Source: Nitrospirota bacterium (GTDB lineage Bacteria; Nitrospirota; UBA9217). From it: a DNA stretch of 64,000 nt. The notes beneath the pieces are model-generated. The model made no database searches. It saw only the letters and a program-made list of their open reading frames with translations, and was not told the DNA's origin. The stretch spans positions 1,504,001 through 1,568,000 of the forward strand of contig CAWCKW010000012.1 of assembly GCA_963796285.1 (NCBI GenBank), in the 5' to 3' direction. This document shows positions 21,905 to 32,312 of the stretch, one piece after another. Each line of letters begins with the position of its first letter. Positions within the stretch are counted from its first letter, which is position 1. A program made the position numbers and the translations under genes.

Positions 21905-22960
21905 TTATATATCCAGCGGCAGCTTGCCGGACGCGTCCGCTTCACCGCCGGAGACAGCCTTTTTGCCTTTGTGCCTCTGTTCTTCACCGTCATCGAGCCC
22001 TTCCGACTGAGAGGGATAGATCAGCTGCCGGTAAAGATACCGGTCGTGCATTTTACTGTAGCCGGTCCATGCTCCCTCGGCCACATTCTCTTTCTTGAGC
22101 GTTGCCTGGAAGTTGTTGATCTTGGCCGCGAGGTCGTCCAAATAGTTGATGACGATCGCTTCCTGGATCTTCGGCCTTTTGGGAGAGCCAAACTCGTATT
22201 CTCCGTGGTGCGAGAGCATGATATGCTTGAGCAGCAGGCTCAGTTCCGCGGGGAATGCCGGGATTGCATTTACCTTCTCAACGATCATCTCGTACCCCAG
22301 GGAGATATGTCCGATAAGCCGCCCTTCGGTCGTATACTCGATCGATTTCCTGACCGCAAGTTCTTTCACCTTGCCGATGTCATGCAGGAACGCGCCCACC
22401 GTCAGCAGGTCCATGTCAATTGAGGGAAAGTGCCTGGCCACATCGCGAGCAAGCGCGACAAGCTCAACAACGTGCTCAAGCAGCCCGCCGATGTAATTGT
22501 GATGCAGCGTCTTAGCGGCCGGCGTGCGTTTGAACAATGCCATAAAAGTCGGATCGTCCAGAAAGGCGTTCATGAGCTGCCGGAGATACCCGTTGGCGAC
22601 GGCGGCCGCAACAATCCGCAGCTCTTTCACCATGTCCTCGATGTTTCGCGGCGACGTTTCGAGAAAGTTTGAAACGTCCACCCTGGAGTCATCCACCTTT
22701 TCGAGCGCCTTCATCTTTATCTGCATGGACCCCTGGTATATCGAGGCCATCCCCTTGATGCGGACAAAATCCTCGCGCGCGAACTTCCCGGAAACGTCAT
22801 CAGCGTTGTCCCACAGTCTGCCGTCGATCTCGCCGGTCTTGTCCGCGAGCTTCAGCGAAAGATAGGTCACGCCGTTCTTTGCCGTCGATATCTGCTTCGA
22901 CGTGACAAGGTAGATTTCTTCGACCCAGTCGCCTTCTTTTAACGATGCTATGGTCTGCAT
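21905..22960 (-). CDS. YhaM-family 3'-5' exoribonuclease (OB fold + HD domain)
   Basis: L.DKTGEI.G.LW, PAAK.LHH...GGLLEH, LHDIGK, GHI, SHHG..E.GSP. Confidence 0.88.
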   Translation of the reverse strand: MQTIASLKEGDWVEEIYLVTSKQISTAKNGVTYLSLKLADKTGEIDGRLWDNADDVSGKFAREDFVRIKGMASIYQGSMQIKMKALEKVDDSRVDVSNFLETSPRNIEDMVKELRIVAAAVANGYLRQLMNAFLDDPTFMALFKRTPAAKTLHHNYIGGLLEHVVELVALARDVARHFPSIDMDLLTVGAFLHDIGKVKELAVRKSIEYTTEGRLIGHISLGYEMIVEKVNAIPAFPAELSLLLKHIMLSHHGEYEFGSPKRPKIQEAIVINYLDDLAAKINNFQATLKKENVAEGAWTGYSKMHDRYLYRQLIYPSQSEGLDDGEEQRHKGKKAVSGGEADASGKLPLDI

Positions 22961-23545
22961 CAATGCTCCTTCCACATGAGACAGGATCTCACCCTACCAC
23001 CCCTTCGATGGGGGAAGAATCGGTGGCGGGGGTGATCACCGCAATGCCGAAAAAGCTACGTTTTACCCTCACTTGGTGAAGATCGCTCATCACTGTTCAT
23101 GGGTGTTTTGATAATAAACTATCGTCCCAGCATTGTCAAACGGAAAGCAGAAACGGAGCACACCAGACCACTATACAAATGCCTTTCCGCACCTTCACCT
23201 GGGTATAGGCATGCGTTCGGAAGAATCCCAGAAAATACCGGTCGCCCGACATCACCCTACTTCTCCGTCGTACTCGGCGCATCGAGAGAACATCAGGGAT
23301 TTCTGACCAGCTTGTTCATTGTTGTTAAAATCTTATAGAGGTAGGTTCCTATACATGCACGGAGGAATGGGAAGGCGGAGTTCATGATGAAAACGAACAA
23401 GGCATCGCACGCTTCAAAATCAACCAATTTGCGCTAAGGCGACAGAAAACCGAACAGTTGTTTCCCGCGAACAGGGAGCGCAGCGACAAGTCCCTTTATA
23501 CTGGGGATGAAAACAGCAGCTGTATCATTCAAGGTTTCGTAGTGA

Positions 23546-23788
23546 TTATTTCTTCTTCACGTAGACATGGTATTCTTCGCCTTGCTTGGTAAGGCCGAGA
23601 TACCCATTCCCCGTCATCCGGCACCACGCCGGCATGTCCTTTTCGATGCCTTCGTCGTCCGACTGAATCTCGAGCACCTGGCCGGTCCGCATTTCTTTGA
23701 TCTTGTTCGCGGTCTTAAAGATCGGCATGGGACAGGCAAGCCCGACACAATCGAGCACTACATCAGGTATGATCTTCTCTTCACTCAT
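23546..23788 (-). CDS. tusA: TusA-family sulfur carrier
   Basis: LDC.GL.CPMP, DD....D.PAWC. Confidence 0.88.
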   Translation of the reverse strand: MSEEKIIPDVVLDCVGLACPMPIFKTANKIKEMRTGQVLEIQSDDEGIEKDMPAWCRMTGNGYLGLTKQGEEYHVYVKKK

Positions 23789-23954
23789 ATGCTTATCGAT
23801 CTACCACCCGTCGCACCCTGCAGCAGCAATAAACAACCCGACCGGAATCCCACACTCTCAACACGATCAAATAATAAAGTCGAAACGCTCTTCCCGTTTG
23901 AATGTGAGTGGCGCAGTAATGCGTACTGACCATTCAGGATGTGTCGTGTGCGTA

Positions 23955-24383
23955 CTACTCCATCTCATTCTCGTGCCCTGTTTCAGCAGGCATTTTCACC
24001 GGCGATGTCTTGCCCTGCTTCTTGTAATAATCGTCGAGGGCGGACTTGAGCGCCTCTTCAGCCAGCACCGAGCAATGCATTTTCACTTTCGGCAGGCCGC
24101 CGAGCGCTTCAGCCACCGCGGCATTCGATATCTTGAGCGCTTCGTCGATGGACTTTCCCTTTACCAGGTCGGTAACCATACTGCTCGTGGCGATCGCCGC
24201 GCCGCACCCGAAGGTCTTGAATTTGGCATCGGTGATGATGTTGTTCTCTACCTTGATATAGAGGCGCATCACGTCACCGCACACCGGGTTACCCACGGTG
24301 CCGACGCCGTCAGCGTTCTCTATCTCGCCCACATTATGGGGCTGGGCGAAATGCTCCATCACTTTTGAGCTGTACTGTTCCAT
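23955..24383 (-). CDS. iscU: Fe-S cluster scaffold IscU/NifU-N
   Basis: GNPVCGDVM, FGCGAAIA.SS, LP..KMHCS.LAE. Confidence 0.95.
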   Translation of the reverse strand: MEQYSSKVMEHFAQPHNVGEIENADGVGTVGNPVCGDVMRLYIKVENNIITDAKFKTFGCGAAIATSSMVTDLVKGKSIDEALKISNAAVAEALGGLPKVKMHCSVLAEEALKSALDDYYKKQGKTSPVKMPAETGHENEME

Positions 24384-24393
24384 AGGTTCCTCC

Positions 24394-25578
24394 TCATTTT
24401 CCTCTTTCTTTTTTGATCATATCTTCATAGAGAGGCGACATCTCCCGCAGGCGCTGCACGATGGGAGGTAGCGTCTCTATCACGTAATCGATATCGTCCG
24501 CGGTATTGCCCATCCCGAGCGACAACAGCAGCGTCCCGTTCGCCACAGCCGCGTCCGTGCCGATGCAGGTGAGCACATGCGACGTTTTGAGCGACCGCGA
24601 GGTGCACGCGGATCCGCTCGAGACCGAGATCCCCTTCATGTTCAGGAACAGGAGCATGGACTCGCCTTCCACATACCACAGGGATATATTCAGGTTGTGC
24701 GGCAGTCTTTTAGTGGGATGGCCATTGATCACCAGGTGGTCGATCTTTTCCACGAGTCCCTTCTGGAGCCGGTCACGCAGAACGGTAAGGGTGCTCATCC
24801 GGTGTGTGATCTCAGCCGCCGCGATCTCCGCTGCCTTGCCCAGACCCACGATGGCAGGAACGTTCTCGGTGCCCGCACGTCTCCCGTCCTCCTGAATTCC
24901 GCCCTCGATCTGCGGTTTGATCCGGACGCCCTTCCGCACAAAGAGTCCGGCTGCACCCTTGGGGCCGTAGAACTGGTGGCCTGAGAACGAAAGAGCATCC
25001 ACGCCCAGCGCCTTCACCTCCACGGGGATCCACCCCGTGGTCGCAACAGCATCGGTATGGAACAGCACGCCCTTTTCTTTCGTTATCCGCCCTATCTCTT
25101 CGATCGGTTCGATGGTGCCGATCTCGTTGTTCGCGTGCATGATCGAAACGAGTATGGTTTCCTTGGTGATCGCCTTGGCAACATCATCAGGGCTCACGAA
25201 CCCCTGTTTGTCCGTCGGCAGATAGGTGACCGTGAAGCCGGATTTTTCGAGTGTCTTGACCGGATGAAGAACGGAAAAATGCTCTATTTGCGACACAATA
25301 ATATGTTTGCCCTTCTGGCTGTTCGCCTGGGCCAAACCCTTGATCGCGAAGTTATTCGACTCGGCTCCGCTTGCGGTAAAGAATATTTCGTCAGCCTTGG
25401 CCCCGATGAGCGTGCCGGTTTTGACCCGCGCCTCGTCGACGGCATTCTTCGCCTCCCTGCCGATGTCGTGCAGGTTCGAAGGATTGCCGAACTTAACCGT
25501 AAAATAAGGAAGCATGGCCTCCAGCACCTTCGGGTGGACCGGCGTTGTTGCTGCATGGTCAAGATATACGTTTCTCAT
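24394..25578 (-). CDS. iscS: Cysteine desulfurase IscS/NifS
   Basis: YLDHAATTP, GNPS, ANNEIGTI, HTDA, RAGTENVP, SSGSACTS; PLP motif reads SGHQFYGPKG. Confidence 0.92.
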   Translation of the reverse strand: MRNVYLDHAATTPVHPKVLEAMLPYFTVKFGNPSNLHDIGREAKNAVDEARVKTGTLIGAKADEIFFTASGAESNNFAIKGLAQANSQKGKHIIVSQIEHFSVLHPVKTLEKSGFTVTYLPTDKQGFVSPDDVAKAITKETILVSIMHANNEIGTIEPIEEIGRITKEKGVLFHTDAVATTGWIPVEVKALGVDALSFSGHQFYGPKGAAGLFVRKGVRIKPQIEGGIQEDGRRAGTENVPAIVGLGKAAEIAAAEITHRMSTLTVLRDRLQKGLVEKIDHLVINGHPTKRLPHNLNISLWYVEGESMLLFLNMKGISVSSGSACTSRSLKTSHVLTCIGTDAAVANGTLLLSLGMGNTADDIDYVIETLPPIVQRLREMSPLYEDMIKKERGK

Positions 25579-25579
25579 G

Positions 25580-26053
25580 TCAACATGCCCCCTTTCCTGC
25601 CAAAGCCGCTTTTCTCCTCGGCTTCAGGAGGAGCGCTTCTTTCTGATTCCGCTGCAAGAGGTCATCAAAACTGATACTGTCGAGCGCTTCCTCGATTTTC
25701 GCGCCGACTTTTGCCCAGACCATTCTGGCCACGCAATCGTCCGCCTGATAGCAATCAGCCGATTCACCAGGCTCGAGACAATGGGAAAGGGCTATCGGGC
25801 CTTCCAGTACACGCACAATGTCACCGATCGTCAGTTCCGACGGCTGCCGCGCGAGTAGATATCCTCCCGCTGGACCGCGAACGCTATCGATCAATCCGGC
25901 CTTGCCAAGTTTGTGCAGAATCTGCTCAAGATAGGAAAATGAAATTCCCTGTCGTTCAGCGATCTCCTTGATTGAAATAGGCCCCTTGCCGTAATGACGC
26001 GCGATCTCGAACACCGCCCGAACTCCATATTTACCTTTTGTAGACAGCTTCAT
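25580..26053 (-). CDS. iscR: Rrf2-family regulator (IscR-like)
   Basis: MKLSTKG.YG, YLEQI, SVRGP.GGY.L, three C-terminal Cys; heads iscS-iscU. Confidence 0.85.
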   Translation of the reverse strand: MKLSTKGKYGVRAVFEIARHYGKGPISIKEIAERQGISFSYLEQILHKLGKAGLIDSVRGPAGGYLLARQPSELTIGDIVRVLEGPIALSHCLEPGESADCYQADDCVARMVWAKVGAKIEEALDSISFDDLLQRNQKEALLLKPRRKAALAGKGAC

Positions 26054-26135
26054 ACTTTATACTCACCGGAAGTTCATTATCCAATCTTCAAACAGGATGG
26101 ATTCAGTCCTCACTGTCTGATATTAGAAACATATC

Positions 26136-26160
26136 AAAGTTGACTAATCTTGTCAAGTAT
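26136..26160 (-). promoter_or_regulatory. IscR type-1-like operator
   Basis: ATACTTGACAAGATTAGTCAACTTT on minus strand, imperfect palindrome resembling ATASYYGACT..AGTCRRSTAT, overlaps a TTGACA. Confidence 0.7.
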
Positions 26161-26566
26161 ATTATTTTCTCGTTTTTTGCCGACAAATGCACTGGCTCTA
26201 TTCATGTTCTGAGAATAGCCGTGCATTCCGATAAATTCGAAATCCCCCTGTCCAGGGAACTGAACGTACGCAGGAATACGATCCAGGGGACCCAGAAATC
26301 CCTCGGACTACTGGAGCAAACACAACTTAACCGCTAGGTTTCACTCAGCGGATCTTCAATAAATTGATAGAGCATCCCGGATAAAGCGGCCGAAGTATTC
26401 GAATAAATTCCAGATCCAGTTCAACTATTACATGGGCGATGATAACCTGGAAAATAATGTAATGGTCGTATTGAGCTTGAGCATATACGTTTAATTGTCC
26501 CCCTGACCGCTGGTTGCTTTCGAATTTCCTTTTTACCCGTGCCTTGATTATGTTATACTCCCTTCC

Positions 26567-27386
26567 ATGCAGCAGACCAGCCCGCACAATCCGATCACCA
26601 GTAAAGACAACAATGTCATAAAACACCTTCGCTCTCTGTCCGATCCAAAACACCGGAAAAAGGAACAGGTCTTCTTGATCGAAGGCGTTAAGATGGTCGA
26701 GGAGGCGCATCCGGGACAAGGCTTGGGTCAAAATGGTCGTGGCCTCACCGGCACTCGTTCAGCATCACGGCAAAGCGGTGCTCAAGCAGGCGGAAGCCGG
26801 ATCAATCGCCATTCTCTGGATCTCGGAAAAACTGATGGACGCGGTATCGGAAAGTAAAACGCCTCAGCCGGTTTTGGCCGTGGTCGGGATGAAGGAGCAC
26901 ACTGAGGACGAACTCTTTGCCCATGGCTCGAAGCTCATCGTAATCGTTCATCAACTCCAGGACCCCGGCAATCTCGGTACCATCATCAGAACAGCCGAAG
27001 CCGTGGCCGCGGCCGGCATAGCGCTCACCCCAAATACAGTTGACCCATACAGCGCCAAGGCCATCAGGGCATCAATGGGCAGCATCCTCCGGCTTCCCGT
27101 CGTACGCGTCGGGGAAATAGAAGCATTCGTGAAGCGCTGCAAAAAGATGGGATTTCAGATTGTCGCGACCGTGGTGACCGGTGATAAGACCCCATTTGAC
27201 ATCGATCTTACAAAACCGACCGTAGTCATCTTAGGACAGGAAGGCGCCGGACTGCCACAGGACATCATGGCTGAAGTCGACCTTCGCGTTCGCATTCCCA
27301 TGGCGGAAACAATCGACTCGTTGAATGTCGCAACCTCCGCGGCGGTTATTCTCTATGAAATGATGAGGCAAAGGCTGCAACGATAG
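26567..27386 (+). CDS. TrmH/SpoU-family RNA methyltransferase (frameshift near 26710)
   Basis: ITS.DN..IK, F.IEG.K.V.EA, QDPGNLGTI.RTA, RASMGS, GQEG.GL, DSLNVA. Confidence 0.9.
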
Positions 27387-27558
27387 CTTCGAGACGACGT
27401 GCATGACTTCCCTGAACTTCATCCATGTATGCAAACGCCTGAAGACTTACCAGGAACACCTAGAACACATGGGCGGCATATGACGGACCCATGCTGATAA
27501 TCAGCAAATTATGACCATTTTATCGGGGAATATAGGTATTATGCTGACTGAAAACATG

Positions 27559-28468
27559 CATGAACGGGAGAGTTGTAACATGTTCAATTGTTTTTTATCG
27601 AAGTATTGCTTTCTCTGCTTTCTCATCACCGCATGTGCGTTCCCCGTCGTTTCCTCCGCTGACGAAGTCGTGTCAACAACAACCGTGACCAGTAAGCAAG
27701 GCGAGCCGAAAGAGATAACGTTGAGCGAAAAGAACGTTGAGTTCCACAAGGGCTATTTCAAAGTGTATGTTACGGATTTCAAGAACATCGTCACGGCGCC
27801 TGGTCGCTGGGATTCATCGGACTGGCTCACGGCCGGGATCGTCACGGGTGATCGCCGCAGGACTGTACAACAATGATGCGAAGATCCAGAAATGGGTGCT
27901 GGACCACAAAACCACGACCACGGACAATATCGGCGACACAGTCACTTCTTGGGGCCTCACCTATACGCCGATTCTTCTCGGAGGGATGTACCTGTACGGG
28001 CATTTCGCAGACGACCCAAAAATGCGCAAGACCGTTCTGCTCACAATAGAGAGCGTTGTCTTGACCGTTATCTCTGTTGAGACGCTCAAGTATGCGGTGC
28101 AGCGGCACCGGCCCTATACCGGAGACGGTCCTCACGCCTGGGACGGCATCGGACACGGATCAAACAGCAGGCTCTCCTTCCCCTCAGGCCATGCAGCGGC
28201 GGACTTTGCCATCGCAACGGTCATCGCATCGGAGTATGACAACTACATTGTGCCGCCTCTCGTTTATACTGTCGCCACAATTACCGGTCTTACCCGTATC
28301 GCTAAAAATGACCATTGGTCATCCGATGTCTTTGCCGGCGCGGCGATCGGATATTTTACCGGCAAATTATTGGTGACTTCCCACCGTAACGACAAGGAAG
28401 ACAACCTCAGTTTGGCGCCGATGATAAACGATGGAGGCTTTGGCATGATGTTGACCCGTCGATTTTAA
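27559..28468 (+). CDS. PAP2-family phosphatase (frameshift near 27845)
   Basis: K....R.RP, SFPSGH, RI...DHW.SDV motifs; start uncertain. Confidence 0.82.
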
Positions 28469-28728
28469 TCCGGTATGCGTCTCACGTAGTAAGCATCATC
28501 GATATGATCGAGAACAGCGCCTTCTCCAACAATTCATCCCGACGATTAATCAAAATCAATTACACGGTTCCCGCATTCCGGCATTCCCAACGGGTATGCC
28601 GCCAGAAGCGGCGGCGCTATTCCATAACGTACTGTTTTCACTAGCCAATATAAATATTATTCTCTGTTGCAAAACTCACATTCAGAGTTATATAATACGG
28701 CGTCATTTCGCATTGGAGGTATCCAGGC

Positions 28729-29727
28729 TTGAATCGAAAAGCAGTCGCTCTCATTTCAGGGGGGCTCGATAGCGTCCTTGCTGCAAAGATCGTCATGGAG
28801 CAGGGCTTCGACATCACCGGGCTCTACTGTACCTCTGCCTTTGCTAAAAGCTATGGCCGGGAACAGGAGACCCATGCTGCCAGGGTCGCAAAGGCCATCG
28901 GTATCGAACTCCGGATTTTCGACATGGGACAGGACTATATCAATCTGATCCGTCATCCAGCTCACGGTTACGGCAAGAATGTGAACCCCTGCATCGACTG
29001 CAAGATCTTCATGCTCAAGAAGGCGAAGACCGTGATGGAAGAGCTCAACGCGCCATTCGTCGTCACCGGCGAGGTCCTCGGACAGCGGCCTATGTCCCAG
29101 CGTCGCGACACCTTTCCGGTGATCGAACGCGATGCCGACATGCGCGGTATGGTCCTCCGTCCCCTATCCGCAAAACTTCTCCCTCCCACCCAGGGCGAGT
29201 TGGACGGTGCGATCGATCGTGAAAAGCTCCTCAGCATCAGCGGCCGCGCACGAACCGTCCAGCTCCGGCTTGCCGAACGGTACGGCGTCAGCGGGTACTC
29301 CACACCGGCTGGCGGTTGTCTGCTCACCGACACGAATTTCTCGGCAAAACTGCGTGATCTATTCGATGACAGTCAATCTGTCAATCCCAATGACATCCGC
29401 CTCTTGACCGTAGGCCGCCATTACCGGATCGACTCGGGGGTCAAGATCGTCGTTGGCCGCGATAATAGCGAAAACAACGTGCTCATGTCACTCGCACCTT
29501 ACGGCTACCACCTCTTCATGCCTCAAGGTTTCCCCGGCCCCGTTGCCTTGCTGAACGGGAACCCCACACAGGACGTGAAGCAAACCATCGGACGCCTTAT
29601 CATAACTTACAGCAAGAGGGTTGCCGGCCGCACATATCACATCCGCTATGGAAATGAGGTCTTCGATCCCGGAGAACCGCTTCCGATCGACGTCACCGGC
29701 TTGCGCCGTGTTGGGGCGGATTGTTAG
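28729..29727 (+). CDS. ThiI/MnmA-like PP-loop tRNA thiolation enzyme
   Basis: SGGLDS, NPCIDCKI, TGEVLGQRPMSQ, PAGGCLLT, GRH.R. Confidence 0.8.
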   Translation: MNRKAVALISGGLDSVLAAKIVMEQGFDITGLYCTSAFAKSYGREQETHAARVAKAIGIELRIFDMGQDYINLIRHPAHGYGKNVNPCIDCKIFMLKKAKTVMEELNAPFVVTGEVLGQRPMSQRRDTFPVIERDADMRGMVLRPLSAKLLPPTQGELDGAIDREKLLSISGRARTVQLRLAERYGVSGYSTPAGGCLLTDTNFSAKLRDLFDDSQSVNPNDIRLLTVGRHYRIDSGVKIVVGRDNSENNVLMSLAPYGYHLFMPQGFPGPVALLNGNPTQDVKQTIGRLIITYSKRVAGRTYHIRYGNEVFDPGEPLPIDVTGLRRVGADC

Positions 29728-30050
29728 CAAACCCCCTTCCCGGAAAAACCCGAAATGCTTTACTGCAGGATTACAGAATATCTCCGATAAAAATATTTCC
29801 GCATCCCGTCAATCCCGTACATCCAGTTAACCTGCCAAGTATTCTGATTTTTCCGCCACTGTTAAGAAGACATTGATTCTTGAGACACCGTCTCCATTGC
29901 AGCCTCCATATAAATAGCTGGGCGTCCTGTGAAAAGTAACCTTCCAGTCTCTTGCGGCCGAAAAAAACATGATACAATAGAAATGAGCCAGAGTCATTGA
30001 CGTACGATAGGGCTCATATCGTGCATCAGCGGACCATTATCGTGGAGAAT

Positions 30051-31136
30051 ATGCCACAGATCACCATACAAGCGGTCACTCAGTATCTCGCGTCCCTCTA
30101 TGCCAGGTCCGTGCGCGTGCTCTCCATGACCACGGAGGGAAAGCAGGAAACCGGCGATGACCTCAAGGCCTTTGGATACGGCTCGCCCCTGTTTCTGGAG
30201 TACGAGGTCGCCGGTGAGCGGAAGAAGGCCGTACTCGAGACCATGACACCCTCGTCCTACGGTCATGACCACTTTTCAGACCGCGCTCAGGCCATCCTGT
30301 GGGAACACTCAGCGTTCAACAACCTCCCGCGTCATGTGCGCTCTCTCGACAGCGGTGCTTTTTTGGATTCAGGGGCCATCATTTCCACAGGCAAGACCCG
30401 GGAATTTTTTTTGCTGACCGAATTTGTGCAGGGAAAGGGCTATTTTAAAGACCTCGACCGGATAAGGGAATCAGGTATAGCTGAGGACAAGGATTTCACA
30501 AGGACCCGGTCCCTTTCGGATTTTCTCGTCGAGATCCACTCCACAAAACTTGATTCACCAGGACTTTATGCCAGAAGGACCCGTGAACTCCTGGGCCATG
30601 GCGAGTGCATCATGGGACTGATCGACAACTACCCGACCTCCTTTGGGTTCATCGATCAACAGCTCCTCAAGAAGATAGAGTTGGCCTGTACCGAATGGCG
30701 CTGGCACATCAAGCGCCGCACGCACCGGCTTTGCCGGGTGCACGGCGATTTCCATCCCTATAACATTTTGTTCCGTGAGGGTACGGACTTCACGCTGCTC
30801 GATCGCTCACGGGGAGAATGGGGAGAACCAGCGGATGATACCACCTGCCTGAGCATAAACTATCTTTTTTCCTCGCTCCTGCGCTCGGGAAAGCTTGACG
30901 GGCCTTTCGAAAAAATGTTCTTGTCCTTCTGGGACAATTACCTCACCAGGACAAATGACCTGGAAATGCTCGAGGTCGCAGCGCCCTTCTTCGCCTGGCG
31001 AGGGTTGGTCATAGCAAGTCCAGTCTGGTACCCGCACCTGCCCATGGCGGTGCGCCGGACCATATTTAATTTCATCCAGAACATCTTGGCTGCCGACCGG
31101 TTCGATCCACAGGACGTGAATAGGTATCTCACATGA
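30051..31136 (+). CDS. APH/choline-kinase-like phosphotransferase
   Basis: VHGDFHPYNILF and LLDRSRGEWGEPADD motifs. Confidence 0.8.
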   Translation: MPQITIQAVTQYLASLYARSVRVLSMTTEGKQETGDDLKAFGYGSPLFLEYEVAGERKKAVLETMTPSSYGHDHFSDRAQAILWEHSAFNNLPRHVRSLDSGAFLDSGAIISTGKTREFFLLTEFVQGKGYFKDLDRIRESGIAEDKDFTRTRSLSDFLVEIHSTKLDSPGLYARRTRELLGHGECIMGLIDNYPTSFGFIDQQLLKKIELACTEWRWHIKRRTHRLCRVHGDFHPYNILFREGTDFTLLDRSRGEWGEPADDTTCLSINYLFSSLLRSGKLDGPFEKMFLSFWDNYLTRTNDLEMLEVAAPFFAWRGLVIASPVWYPHLPMAVRRTIFNFIQNILAADRFDPQDVNRYLT

Positions 31137-31660
31137 GCATCCAACAGGGGTTCGCTCTTTGGCTGACCGGCATCCCGGCATCGGGTAAAAGCGCCATAAC
31201 CCGGGAACTGGTGAAGAAACTGGAGATATGGGGAGTTTCCGTCGTCGTACTGGAGTCGGACGGGATGAGAAAGATCCTCACCCCTGAACCGACATACAGT
31301 CAGGAGGAGCGCGATGCCTTTTATCGGTCACTGACGCTGATCGGTGAATTGCTCACCAGAAACGGTGTGAACGTAATCTTCGATGCAACGGCGAACAAGC
31401 GGAACTACCGAGAGTATGCACGCGCGCTCATTCCTCGATTCGTAGAAGTATTCGTCTCATGCCCCCTTGACATCTGCATGCAACGGGACCCCAAAGGGAT
31501 CTACCGCAGCGCCGCCACTGGCAAGACAAGCACGGTCCCGGGCATTCAGTCGCCCTATGAACCGCCCATCAAGCCTGATATCACGCTGGATGGCCGGAAT
31601 CCACCCGAGGCATCAGCTGATACAGTTTTAGATTATCTAAAATACCTGCTATACATATAA
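31133..31660 (+). CDS. Adenylyl-sulfate-kinase-like P-loop kinase
   Basis: WLTGIPASGKS, EVFV.CPL..C..RDPKG.Y, PG....YE.P; ATGA overlap with upstream gene. Confidence 0.8.
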   Translation: MSIQQGFALWLTGIPASGKSAITRELVKKLEIWGVSVVVLESDGMRKILTPEPTYSQEERDAFYRSLTLIGELLTRNGVNVIFDATANKRNYREYARALIPRFVEVFVSCPLDICMQRDPKGIYRSAATGKTSTVPGIQSPYEPPIKPDITLDGRNPPEASADTVLDYLKYLLYI

Positions 31661-31692
31661 AGAGTTCTTTCCCCCCCATTTGTGAAACTCAT

Positions 31693-31721
31693 TTGACTGA
31701 CCTACCTCTGTCCGATACAAT
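31693..31721 (+). promoter_or_regulatory. Sigma70 promoter, likely leaderless
   Basis: TTGACT-17-TACAAT, 7 nt before ATG 31729. Confidence 0.7.
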
Positions 31722-31728
31722 GCGCGTC

Positions 31729-32175
31729 ATGGGCAAAATAGTAACATATGAACGATGGATGACCCTTTATCTTCCTGATGGGTGGACTGAACGGGAAGAC
31801 GAGGGTTTTGTATTACTGGAAAAGGACGGCTGGCCTGGTATGATGCAACTCTCGTTTATTGAACGGGACGAAATAAAAACACCGCCTGCGGAGGCGGCCC
31901 GTATTCTCCTCGAAGACACCCTGGAGGAGCGTGATGTTCCCTTCCCTCGTGAAGCTGTTAAAGTAGAAAGCCGGGGAGATATAGGAATAGCGGCCCTGGA
32001 TTATACTTACGACGTCAAGGAAGAAAAGACCCATTGGCGCATTTGGTTTCTCGTAGACAAAACACGGGCCATTATGGCCGCCTTTGTCAGCGATCTTGAG
32101 CACGTCAATCCGGCATTGGCTGAAGCCACTCGGATTATCGCTGATATCGAGTTCGTCCTGAGCACGAACGATTGA
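31729..32175 (+). CDS. Hypothetical protein
   Basis: 148-aa acidic ORF with own promoter; LPDGW motif. Confidence 0.65.
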   Translation: MGKIVTYERWMTLYLPDGWTEREDEGFVLLEKDGWPGMMQLSFIERDEIKTPPAEAARILLEDTLEERDVPFPREAVKVESRGDIGIAALDYTYDVKEEKTHWRIWFLVDKTRAIMAAFVSDLEHVNPALAEATRIIADIEFVLSTND

Positions 32176-32256
32176 GCATTCCCATTTTGTAGTAAGCGGA
32201 AAACATCCGCGCTCTTTATATATCAAGACCAAAAAATAGATCAGGCAGAAAAAGAC

Positions 32257-32286
32257 AAAGGGCGCAGATAATTATCTGCGCCCTTT
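32257..32286. terminator. Bidirectional intrinsic terminator
   Basis: Perfect 30-bp palindrome AAAGGGCGCAGATAATTATCTGCGCCCTTT between convergent genes. Confidence 0.85.
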
Positions 32287-32312
32287 ATCGCATTCCTTAT
32301 GAATAAGTAACA

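Noticed and set aside
22985-23040. Degenerate REP-like hairpin upstream of yhaM
   Set aside because: Pairing too imperfect to define an element.
23793-23933. 46-aa Cys-containing ORF between iscU and tusA (minus strand)
   Set aside because: No SD, no recognisable motif, atypical composition.
26170-26520. Riboswitch or sRNA between iscR and the TrmH gene
   Set aside because: No recognisable aptamer consensus or terminator.
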